Positions 19,507 to 28,100 of a stretch of 29,834 nt of DNA are shown here, in pieces. The translations under genes were made by a program, and so were the position numbers. The DNA is taken from contig WFVQ01000041.1 in assembly GCA_015491585.1 (NCBI GenBank), forward strand, positions 1-29,834, given 5' to 3'. Position 1 is the stretch's first letter. Each line of letters opens with the position of its first letter. This stretch comes from Deltaproteobacteria bacterium (GTDB lineage: Bacteria; Desulfobacterota; Dissulfuribacteria; Dissulfuribacterales; S140-46). The notes beneath the pieces are model-generated. The model saw only the letters and a list, made by a program, of their open reading frames with translations. It had not been told where the DNA came from and did no database searches.

Positions 19507-20933
19507 TTGTTCAGCTTTTTCAGCAGCAGTTCGTTGACGACCTTAGGATTGGCCTTGCCCTTTGTCTCGCGCATAATCTGCCCAACGAAGAATCCCATGA
19601 CCTTGGTCTTGCCCGCGCGGAATTTTTCGACCTCAGCGGGATGGCGCTGGATTATGGAGTCCACCACCGCCTCGAGCTCGCCGGTGTCGCTGACCTGCTC
19701 CAGCCCCTTCTCCTTCACGATATCCCTCGGCGACCGGCCGGATTCGAAGACCTCGGCGAGTATGGATTTGCCTATCTTGCCGCTTATGGTGCCCTCCTTG
19801 ATCAGGGAGAGTATCTCGGCGAGGTGGGAGGGAGTCAGGCGGCTCTCTTCTATCTCCACGCCGTATTCGTTGAGTAGCTTGGCCACTTCGCCCATCATCC
19901 AGTTGCTCACCCCTTTTGGGTCGTCGAACAGGGAGACGCACTCCTCGAAGAAGTCCGCCATCGGCCTGGACGAGGTGATGATCGCAGCATCATAATCAGG
20001 AAGCCCATACTGTGAACGGAAGCGCTCCCTCTTGGCCTGGGGGAGCTCCGGCAGTGATGCGGCCACTGATTCAAGCCAGCTTTCATCGATCTCTGTGGGA
20101 ACCAGGTCTGGATCCGGGAAGTAACGGTAGTCGTGGGCCTCTTCCTTGCTCCGCATGGAGAGGGTGACACCCTTCGCCACGTCCCATAGCCTGGTCTCCT
20201 GCACCAGCTCTTGCCCGTCGAGCAGCAGTGCCGACTGCCGCCTTATCTCGTATTCAAGGGCCTTCTGCACGTGACGGAAGGAGTTCATGTTCTTGAGTTC
20301 TACCTTGGTGCCGAGCTTTTCCTCTCCCCTTGGCCTCAGCGATATGTTTGCATCGCACCTGAGGCTGCCCTCCTCCATGTTGCCGTCGCTGATGCCCAGG
20401 TAGCGCACTATTTCTCTCAGTGCCTTTAGGTATGCGGCGGCTTCCTCGGGGCTTCGCATGTCGGGCTCGCTTACGATCTCTATGAGAGGAACGCCGGTTC
20501 GGTTTAGGTCCACGTAACTGATGGGGCGGGTCTCGTCGTGGACCAGCTTTCCAGCATCTTCCTCCATGTGTATCCTGGTGATTCCTATGCGCTTCCTGCC
20601 ATCAGCAGTCTCTATCTCGATGTGGCCGTGTTCAGCTATTGGGAGATCGTGCTGGGATATCTGGTACCCTTTGGGTAGATCTGGATAGAAATACTGTTTC
20701 CTTGCGAATACGAAACGCCGGTTTATCCGGCAGTTGGTGGCAAGGGCCATCTTCATGGCGTATTCCACCACCTTGCGGTTGAGAACAGGAAGGACTCCAG
20801 GCATTCCCAGGCACACTGGGCAGGTGTGGGAGTTTGGAGGGGCCCCGAAGGTGGTGGAACAGGAACAGAATATCTTGCTTTCGGTCTGGAGCTGGACGTG
20901 GACCTCCAGGCCGATTACGGCTTCAAAATCCAT
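19503..20933 (-). CDS. gatB: Asp-tRNA(Asn)/Glu-tRNA(Gln) amidotransferase subunit B (476 aa)
   Basis: [92 protein letters not shown] before the ATG at 20933. Confidence 0.97.
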   Translation of the reverse strand: MDFEAVIGLEVHVQLQTESKIFCSCSTTFGAPPNSHTCPVCLGMPGVLPVLNRKVVEYAMKMALATNCRINRRFVFARKQYFYPDLPKGYQISQHDLPIAEHGHIEIETADGRKRIGITRIHMEEDAGKLVHDETRPISYVDLNRTGVPLIEIVSEPDMRSPEEAAAYLKALREIVRYLGISDGNMEEGSLRCDANISLRPRGEEKLGTKVELKNMNSFRHVQKALEYEIRRQSALLLDGQELVQETRLWDVAKGVTLSMRSKEEAHDYRYFPDPDLVPTEIDESWLESVAASLPELPQAKRERFRSQYGLPDYDAAIITSSRPMADFFEECVSLFDDPKGVSNWMMGEVAKLLNEYGVEIEESRLTPSHLAEILSLIKEGTISGKIGKSILAEVFESGRSPRDIVKEKGLEQVSDTGELEAVVDSIIQRHPAEVEKFRAGKTKVMGFFVGQIMRETKGKANPKVVNELLLKKLNK

Positions 20934-20979
20934 GGCACTCTCCTGGTGCGGCATACAGACGAGGTTTCGGGCGAGACTA

Positions 20980-21008
20980 TTGATACCACGTCGCGGAGGG
21001 TGTAGCAA
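20980..21008 (-). promoter_or_regulatory. Putative sigma-70 promoter for gatB-mtnA-GAF-mreB
   Basis: Minus strand reads TTGCTA (21008-21003), 17 nt, TATCAA (20985-20980), with a TG at the extended -10 position. Confidence 0.4.
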
Positions 21009-21060
21009 TCCTCCTCTCTGCTGCGCGTGTGAAGGAAGTGGCGTCTGGCGGGCGAAGTGT

Positions 21061-21087
21061 GCCCCGGGGCCGTTATGACCCCGGGGC
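21061..21087 (-). terminator. GC-rich hairpin downstream of the basic HTH gene
   Basis: GCCCCGGGG (21061-21069) and CCCCGGGGC (21079-21087) are a perfect 9-bp inverted repeat. The U-tract is weak. Confidence 0.45.
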
Positions 21088-21113
21088 GCGGGCCGGTATG
21101 GGGTTGCGTCGCT

Positions 21114-21386
21114 TTAAGTCTGTTCTTTCTTCTTTCTTCCCCTGCGTCCCCTCTTGGGCTTTATGCCCAGCTCTTCCACGTACTGGACCACAGGATTCTT
21201 GCGCTTGGCGCTCTTCCGCGGCAGCTTTATCCCGTTCTTGCGGAGCTCGCTGACGATCTTGGCCACCTGGAAACGGGAGAGACCACGGGCTTCTGCAATC
21301 TCCTGCGCTGTCATCTCGGCGTAATTCTCGTGGACGAACTTGACATCTTCCTTGGTGAATGGTCTGTTCCGTTTTCTTTCAGCCAT
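21114..21386 (-). CDS. Small, highly basic HTH-like DNA-binding protein (90 aa)
   Basis: The segment MTAQEIAEARGLSRFQVAKIVSELRKNG has an HTH pattern. 26 of 90 residues are K/R, and the tail is KPKRGRRGRKKK. GGGG RBS upstream. Confidence 0.8.
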   Translation of the reverse strand: MAERKRNRPFTKEDVKFVHENYAEMTAQEIAEARGLSRFQVAKIVSELRKNGIKLPRKSAKRKNPVVQYVEELGIKPKRGRRGRKKKEQT

Positions 21387-21528
21387 GTTATATCCCCTAA
21401 CATCTCAATTGATATAATGAAATATAATATAATGCTTGATGCATTGGTACTTACTTCGGAAGTAAATAAAAAAAACTTGAGGGCTTCATTAAAAAAAATT
21501 CCCCTTCCATCAGTCCAGGCGATACGCC

Positions 21529-22308
21529 TTACGCACCATTAGTAATGAATGTGTTCAACTGGTTGATAACTTTTGAGATATTCGTTATGGCTATGTCGTC
21601 GCTTAGGTGGTGTGAGACAGGGGTGATGGTGATGTATCCCCTTTTCAATTCAGATATATCGGTCCCCTCGCCCCCTCCATTTGGGAAGCCCTGGGGCGAA
21701 TGCCAGTAATAGATATTGCCACGGGGGTCGGTGCGTTTTTCGAAACACTCGACGAAACGCCGCTGATCTTGGACTGTGACCTTTAGCCCCTTTATCTCTT
21801 GGGGCGGCAGCCTGGGCACATTGATGTTGATGGCCCGTTTCAGCGATATGGAGAGGTCTGCCAGTAGTTTTACGTTTGCAGCGACCAAGGAAGCTGAGAA
21901 GCAGAAATCGGGCGTGGTGAGAGAATCCAGTGATACAGCTATGCCCGCCGTGCCCATTATTACGGCCTCCGTTGCGGCAGACACGGTCCCGGAATAGAGG
22001 ATGTTTATCCCCACGTTTGCCCCTTGGTTTATGCCTGAAATCACGGCATCTACCTCGCCTCCGGCCAGTTCGGCGAGGCCGAGCTTGACGCAGTCGGCAG
22101 GAGTTCCGTTGACCGCCCAGCCCATGAATCCTCCCATGCATATCCGTCGTACACGCAAGGGATCGGCGAGGGTTATGGCGTGCCCAACCGCGCTCCTCTC
22201 GCTTTCCGGGGCTACCACTACCACTTCGTGTTCATCCTTCAACGCATAGTAGATGGCGCAAATACCCGGAGCGTGTATGCCGTCATCGTTGGTCAGAAGT
22301 ATCCTCAT
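21529..22308 (-). CDS. surE: 5'/3'-nucleotidase SurE
   Basis: MRILLTNDDGIHAPGI, VVAPESERSAVGHAIT, GTPADCV, SGINQGANVG, YSGTVSAATEA, ININVP, GYITITP. Confidence 0.96.
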   Translation of the reverse strand: MRILLTNDDGIHAPGICAIYYALKDEHEVVVVAPESERSAVGHAITLADPLRVRRICMGGFMGWAVNGTPADCVKLGLAELAGGEVDAVISGINQGANVGINILYSGTVSAATEAVIMGTAGIAVSLDSLTTPDFCFSASLVAANVKLLADLSISLKRAININVPRLPPQEIKGLKVTVQDQRRFVECFEKRTDPRGNIYYWHSPQGFPNGGGEGTDISELKRGYITITPVSHHLSDDIAITNISKVINQLNTFITNGA

Positions 22309-22456
22309 TGGGCCTGTCCCGGAGCTTCTGTTCCCTCTCCTTCTGGAGAAAGTGGATCATGCACGCCTGCCTGAACTGGCAGTAGTCCTTGGGGTGCCTG
22401 CAACCCCTATCCAGCGGAACCTCCTTGGCGTCCTTCTGGCAGTAACCCGAGTCCAT
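22283..22456 (-). CDS. Small Cys-rich protein (57 aa; C-x12-C-x6-C-x5-C)
   Basis: MDSGYCQKDAKEVPLDRGCRHPKDYCQFRQACMIHFLQKE.... Strong GGAGGAG RBS before the ATG at 22456; the 3' end overlaps the surE start. Confidence 0.7.
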   Translation of the reverse strand: MDSGYCQKDAKEVPLDRGCRHPKDYCQFRQACMIHFLQKEREQKLRDRPNEDTSDQR

Positions 22457-22585
22457 AGGTCTCCTCCTGGCCCCAGAGTCTAAGCCCGGCCAGGCCAAAA
22501 GGCAAGCCGCCCGTGCGGGTTGAAGAGGTCGCAGGTTATCTGTTATCTCTTATGGCTATTGGAAAAGTCAAGGAGGTATCACGAT

Positions 22586-23554
22586 ATGGAGCAGGTCAAG
22601 ATCGTAATCGCCGGGGCGGGGCCGGCTGGCATCGCCACTGCCGTGGAGGCCAAGGAGGCTGGTATCGATCCGGTGGTGGTCTGCGAGAAGGCCGGACACC
22701 TTTGTGACACGGTGGTGACGCTATTCCACGAGGGCAAGAGGGTGGATCCGGTATACCGAAAGGTCAAGGTGGAGCCCAAGGGGCTGCTCTCCTTCGACAC
22801 CGAGTCCAGGGAGGAGTTCCTCGACCGCATGGAGCGGGTGGTTAAGGAGTACGGAATAGATGTGCGGTTCCGGAACGAAGTCCAGAAGATAGAGCGTCAG
22901 GACGACGGGAGCTTCAAGGTCATCACTGGCGGAGGGCTGGAGTTCCAGGCACCAGTAGTAGTGGTGGCCATAGGCATTTTTGGAAAGCCCAACAAGCCCA
23001 GCTATCCGATACCCAAGGAGATCAAGGACAAGGTCTTCTTTGCCCTGCCAAAGAAGCCTATCACTGGCAAGAAGGTGCTAATAGTCGGGGGCGGGGACTC
23101 TGCGGCAGAAGCGGCGTGTTTTCTCGCTAAGGAGAACGAGGCGTTTCTCTCGTACAGGAGAGAGAAGTTCTTCAGGATAAACGAGGTGAACATGTGCGCC
23201 CTGGACGACTACAGCTCAAAGGGGAGCCTGACGCTGATGCTTGGGACCGACATCGAAGGGCTTGAGCCCAAGGATGACAAGGTCCTGGTCCATTTCAAGG
23301 ATGGGCGCGATATGGAGTTTGATGCCGTCTTTTATTTCCTTGGTGGAATGGCGCCATCGACGTTTCTCGAGGGTATAGGCGTGGAATGCGACGGCCGGAA
23401 GCCAAAGGTCGGGCCAGATGGGGAGAGCAACATTCCGGGCCTCTTTCTGGCTGGTGACCTGGTGCTGGACAAGGGCAGCATAATGGGGGCTTTCAACTCA
23501 GCCAAAGATGTTGTGGATGCCATAATCGCAAAATATGGAGACAAGGTGAAATAG
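22586..23554 (+). CDS. FAD/NAD(P)H-dependent oxidoreductase, thioredoxin-reductase fold without CxxC (FqrB/HP1164-like), 322 aa
   Basis: AGGAGG RBS before the ATG at 22586. VIAGAGPAG (FAD), VLIVGGGDSA plus SYRR (NADPH-type), PGLFLAGD. No CxxC. The segments GKRVD, AIGIFGKPNKP and FFRINEVN recall H. pylori FqrB (recalled similarity, not searched). Confidence 0.85.
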   Translation: MEQVKIVIAGAGPAGIATAVEAKEAGIDPVVVCEKAGHLCDTVVTLFHEGKRVDPVYRKVKVEPKGLLSFDTESREEFLDRMERVVKEYGIDVRFRNEVQKIERQDDGSFKVITGGGLEFQAPVVVVAIGIFGKPNKPSYPIPKEIKDKVFFALPKKPITGKKVLIVGGGDSAAEAACFLAKENEAFLSYRREKFFRINEVNMCALDDYSSKGSLTLMLGTDIEGLEPKDDKVLVHFKDGRDMEFDAVFYFLGGMAPSTFLEGIGVECDGRKPKVGPDGESNIPGLFLAGDLVLDKGSIMGAFNSAKDVVDAIIAKYGDKVK

Positions 23555-23555
23555 G

Positions 23556-23578
23556 GATGGGGCCTCAGCGGCCCCATC
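23556..23578. terminator. Hairpin between convergent oxidoreductase and selenoprotein genes
   Basis: GATGGGGCC (23556-23564) and GGCCCCATC (23570-23578) form a perfect 9-bp stem, followed by TTGTGT on the + strand. Confidence 0.6.
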
Positions 23579-23597
23579 TTGTGTCTCCTCCCTGGGA

Positions 23598-23936
23598 TCA
23601 TTCCCTCTCTTCAGCCCCATGATCTATCAAGATCTTTTCCAGCTCTTCTTCTGAGATGACGCCGTTGCCCGGCCCCTTGTCCCATACAACGGCCTTACCA
23701 TCTATCTTGACCGCTGGCACCGGTTCCCCTTTCTTGATCATCTCCTGGGGAGTCACGATCAGTCTCACCCCTTTCAGGTCGTCGAGCACGCCCACGGCGG
23801 TGTTGAGGTTGGAGCGTCATCTTCCCCCCATTGGCGATCTGACCAGCAGTTCGAGATCGACCGCCATGACGGTGGCCGCAGTGATCATCCCAATCACAAC
23901 GGCCAGTGCCGTGGGTTTCCACCAGCTTTTCTTCAT
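23598..23936 (-). CDS. Putative secreted thioredoxin-like selenoprotein (112 aa, Sec40 encoded by the UGA at 23817-23819)
   Basis: AGGAGG RBS 7 nt before the ATG at 23936. It reads MKKSWWKPTALAVVIGMITAATVMA-VDLELLVRSPMGGR-UGA-RSNLNTAVGVLDDLKGVRLIV...PVPAVKIDGK...GVISEEELEKILIDHGAEERE in one frame. Signal peptide, Trx-like topology and a downstream SECIS-like hairpin. Confidence 0.8.
23787..23802 (-). promoter_or_regulatory. Candidate bacterial SECIS element
   Basis: mRNA CAC(C)GCC-GUG-GGCGUG forms a stem with one bulged C. The apical loop starts with GU and lies 21 nt 3' of the UGA, which fits the published bacterial SECIS model (G early in the loop, roughly 16-37 nt from the UGA). Confidence 0.6.
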
Positions 23937-23997
23937 GGCTATACCTCCTGGCTCTTTTATCCATTGTACGCTTTTCTTCATCACCATGCGAGGGTAG

Positions 23998-24042
23998 TTT
24001 TAGAGAGAAACTCCTCGGAAAAAGGGATTTCCTCCTCTAAAA
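23998..24042. repeat. Imperfect 45-bp inverted repeat in the divergent intergenic region
   Basis: TTTTAGAGAGAAACTCC ... GGGATTTCCTCCTCTAAAA; the terminal TTTTAGAG/CTCTAAAA match is perfect. Confidence 0.55.
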
Positions 24043-24120
24043 TGGTTGATATCATCGTCATGTTCTAAAAGACGGCCTCATGAAGAGGTGGTCGTGATCC
24101 TTTAGGGAAGGAGAAGAAGC

Positions 24121-24978
24121 ATGGAAAAGATAGGGTTTATAGGCATGGGAATCATGGGGAAGCCTATGGCACTAAATGTGTTGGCGGGCGGCTTCCAGGT
24201 AATGGCCTACAACAGGACGGCGGCCAAGGTGAAGCCGCTTGAGGACAGTGGGGCGAAAAGGGCGGGGACACCGGCAGAAGTCGGTCAGTGGGCAGATGAC
24301 GTGATCCTGATGCTGACCGGGCCGGACGCCATCGATGCTGTACTTGAGGGTGAGGATGGGCTGTTCGGAAGGCTCGGGCCGGGTAAGACAGTAATAAACA
24401 TGAGCACTGTCCCTCCCGCTTATACCCGTTCCCTTGGGCAACGTATAGCTAACACCGGGGCGGGGTTCATCGATGCGCCGGTTTCAGGCTCCAAGGTCCA
24501 GGCAGAGCAAGGGATCTTGGTGATATTGGCCGGTGGAGACGAGAATGAGATCCAGGCCAGGGAGAAGTTGTTTGGCTGTATCGGCAAGCAAGTTGTCCAT
24601 TGTGGCCAGGTCGGAGATGGCTCAACGATGAAGATGGTGATCAACCTGCTTCTTGCCGTCATGATGGCCGGGTTTTCTGAGGCCATTGCAATGGGGGAAA
24701 GGTGCGGCCTGGAGACGGAGGCCATTTTGGAGGCGGTGTTGTCAGGAGCAATGGCTTGTCCTCTTTTTAAGATCAAGGGCGAGATGGCTAAAGAGGGAAA
24801 ATTCCCTCCACAGTTCCCCCTGAAGCACATGGAGAAGGACCTTGGATTCATACTCCACACTGCCGAGGAGTGCGGCATACCAATTCCCGTGGGCAGAGAG
24901 GTTTGGAAACGCTTCAATGCGGCCATGCAAAAGGGATTTGGTGACCAGGACTTTGCGGCGGTGAAGCAAATCTATTGA
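24121..24978 (+). CDS. NAD(P)-dependent beta-hydroxyacid dehydrogenase (3-hydroxyisobutyrate dehydrogenase / glyoxylate-succinic semialdehyde reductase family)
   Basis: IGFIGMGIMGKPMA, YNRT, INMSTV, FIDAPVSGSK, LAGG, MKMVIN (catalytic Lys), FPLKHMEKDL. AGGAG RBS. Confidence 0.93.
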   Translation: MEKIGFIGMGIMGKPMALNVLAGGFQVMAYNRTAAKVKPLEDSGAKRAGTPAEVGQWADDVILMLTGPDAIDAVLEGEDGLFGRLGPGKTVINMSTVPPAYTRSLGQRIANTGAGFIDAPVSGSKVQAEQGILVILAGGDENEIQAREKLFGCIGKQVVHCGQVGDGSTMKMVINLLLAVMMAGFSEAIAMGERCGLETEAILEAVLSGAMACPLFKIKGEMAKEGKFPPQFPLKHMEKDLGFILHTAEECGIPIPVGREVWKRFNAAMQKGFGDQDFAAVKQIY

Positions 24979-25118
24979 CTCGCAATGGAATTGAGCGCGC
25001 ATTTCAGTAAGCTAAAGTTACAAGGATGTTAAAATTGTTTTAGTGTACTAGACTTTTTGGCAGAGGCCTTATATTTTTTGAATATGTGATTGTAAAGGGC
25101 GCTTTTCTTTTGGGGTGA

Positions 25119-28100
25119 ATGGGTTTTGATGTGTTGGATATAGTGGAAAAATTGCCGGAACTGTCCGGGCACGAAGAGTTGCTAAAGGTCCTTTTTCAGG
25201 TCATTCCTGATGTCGTTTGTTTTAAAGACGGTCAGTCCCGTTGGCTCGTTGCCAACAATGCTCTGTTGAAACTTTTTGAACTCCAGGAGGTGGATTGGAG
25301 ATACAAACGTGATTCTGAATTGGCCGAGCTTTCTCCGGCCTTCAGGAATGCCCTGATGGTGTGTCAGGAGAGCGACGAGGAGGCGTGGAACAAGGGCGGT
25401 ATTTGGGACCGCCGGGAGTTTGTCAAGACTCCAGGCGGCGGGATAAGGGCCTTCGATATCTGCAAGATCCCTTTGTATCACTCCGATGGCAGCAGAAAGG
25501 CGCTGGTGGTATATGGCCGCGACATAACTTCCATTGTTAAGATGGAGTTGGAGATGAAGGCATATGCCTGTCAGCTAGAGGCGTTAAATGAGGCGATGCT
25601 GATTGGCTGGCAGGATAAGCCTCTTGCTGTGCGCATTACAAAGATTTTTGAGCGGTTACTCGCTTGCAACTTCCTGGGGAATATAGCCAAGGCGGTATTT
25701 TGGGCATACGATGAGAGAAAAGGGCGTCTTTCTCTTCTTGCCCAGGTCGGTCTAGATATTGGGATGCAGGAACGGTGTTCCACAGTAGAGTTGGCTGAAT
25801 GCCTGTGCGGAACCGCAGCCGTGCAGCGTCAGTTGATGTTTACCACTGATACGGAGCGGGCCCGTTGCATTATACATGATAGTGGAGGGGATTACGGCCG
25901 TTATGCCGTGCCGGTGATGGTTGGCGATGATTTGCTAGGCGTCTTTTGCCTACATCTCTCCACTGGCCACACTGAAGGGGAAGAGGGGAAACATTTTCTC
26001 AAAAGTCTTTCCACTATTCTTGGAAAGATCCTCATGCACGACAGAAGGAGACGAGAGATGGAAGCTCGTCTCAGGAGAAGCCGAATCCATTTAGCCAATG
26101 CCCAGCGTCTGGCAAGAGTGGGTAGTTTTGAATACCGGCCTGAGGAAGGTGTCGCCGTCTGCAGCGAGGAGCTTAAGCGTATCTTATCCCTTGATTTCCA
26201 AGGCGATATCCTGCCCATCTCCCGGCTGCTGGATGCGTTCGAGGCCGGAGACCAGGACCGGCTAAGATCTGCCCTCGACAGAGTCGCCGCCGGTAAGGAA
26301 CCGGTGGCTCTCAATCTGGTTGTAGAGCGCAAAGGAGTGCGTCATGTGCTTCATTGCGAGCTGGCTGTGCTGGGTGATGGTGACGATTGGGTCGTGACAG
26401 GAGTTTTTCAGGATATAACTGGCTTTATCGAGACAGAGACTCAACTTGAGTTGGCCAAGGAGATCTTCGAGAGCAGTATAGAAGGCATTACCATAACCGA
26501 TGCAAAGGGCAACATTATTTCGGTCAATCCTGCATTTACTCGGATTACCGGCTATTCGGCGGAAGAGGTCCTAGGCCAGAATCCCCGTGTGCTAAAGTCC
26601 GATCGCCACGACAAGGAGTTTTACGAGGCCATGTGGCGCACTTTGCTGGAGAAAGGAGAGTGGAGCGGTGAGATTTGGAATAGAAGGAAGAGTGGTGAGG
26701 CATATCCTGAGTGGTTGACCATCAAGGCTATAAAAAATTCAAAGGGAGAGGTTACGAATTATGTTGCCCTTTTCCATGATATGTCTGAGATACACGAAAT
26801 TAAGGAGAATCTGGAGGTCAATGTAAACTACGATGCTGTAACCGGCCTCCCCAACAGGAAGCTTTTCACCGATCTCCTGGGCAAGGTCATAGGACATGCG
26901 GCCATACACGGTGAGAAGTTAGCTGTCATTTCGGTAGACATCGATGACTTCAGGCTGGTTAACGAGGCCATAGGATTTAATGTCGGTGACCAAGTTCTTC
27001 AGGAGATGGCGCGCAGGCTGGCAAGTTGTGTGAGAAAAGACGATATCGTCGGAAGACTGGGAGGCGATGAGTTTGTGGTGGTGATAGCTGATCTCACGGA
27101 GGGAGCCCAGGTGCTGGAGGTGACCAGCCGGATCCTGGAGGCCGTTTCCCGTCCCTTCAAATATAAGGGCAGAGAGATCCGGCTCTCCGTTAGCATGGGG
27201 ATCGCTTTCTATCCTGACGATGGAGTGGATGTTGAGGTGCTTTTAAAGAACGCTGAGATCGCAATGTATCGTTCCAAAGAGGAGGGGAAAAATTCGTTTC
27301 ACATTTTTACTCCTAAGATGAACGAGAAGGTGGTCAGGCGGCTCATATTGGAGGAGAGGCTACACAACGCCCTGCAAAAAGAAGAACTATTTCTTTATTA
27401 CCAGCCGAAGTTGGATCTCCGCAGTGGCAAGGTGGTAGGAGTTGAGGCCCTTTTGCGCTGGATCGATGAGACGGGCGAGCTGGTCCCTCCGGCCGAATTT
27501 ATACGTGTAGCCGAGGAGAGCGGGCTCATCGTGCCTATAGGGGAATGGGTGGTGAAGACCGCGTGCGAGCAACTGTCCGCTTGGCGTGCCCAGGGGCACA
27601 ATGTCTCTTTGGCCGTAAACTTATCCCCCAGACAGTTTAGGAGCAAGGGGCTAGTGCAGCACATAAAGATGCTCCTGGAGTTGCATGCCTTACCTGCTGG
27701 AGCCCTTATAATTGAGGTTACAGAGGGGGTGGTGATGGATGACGAGGAACGCGCAATGGAAGTGATGATGGAATTGAAGGGACTCGGGCTCCAGATTTCC
27801 ATGGACGATTTCGGCACTGGTTATTCCTCCATGTATTACCTCAAGCATTTGCCAATAGACGAGTTGAAGATCGACCGTTCGTTCGTGAGCGGCCTCCCTT
27901 ACAATAAGGATAGCGTTGCCATCACCAAAGCCACGCTTTCACTCTCCAAAAGCCTTGAGCTCAGGAGCGTTGCTGAGGGTGTGGAAAATGGGGAACAGCT
28001 CGCCTTCCTTCGCGGTCTAGGTTGTGATCTCGTGCAGGGGTTTCATGTTGGGCGGCCCATGCCCGCTGACAAAGTGGTGGAGACCTTTACATATTCTCTG

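Noticed and set aside
23598-23795. 65-aa ORF from the track, or a nonsense pseudogene, as the explanation for this locus
   Set aside because: It starts at an internal GTG without an RBS and is in frame with an upstream RBS, ATG and signal peptide. The single stop is a UGA at a Trx active-site position followed by a SECIS-like hairpin. Pseudogene status is not formally excluded.
25057-25075. Sigma-54 promoter (TGGCAG...) upstream of the GGDEF-EAL gene
   Set aside because: The -12 element is TTAT rather than TTGC, so the essential GC is missing.
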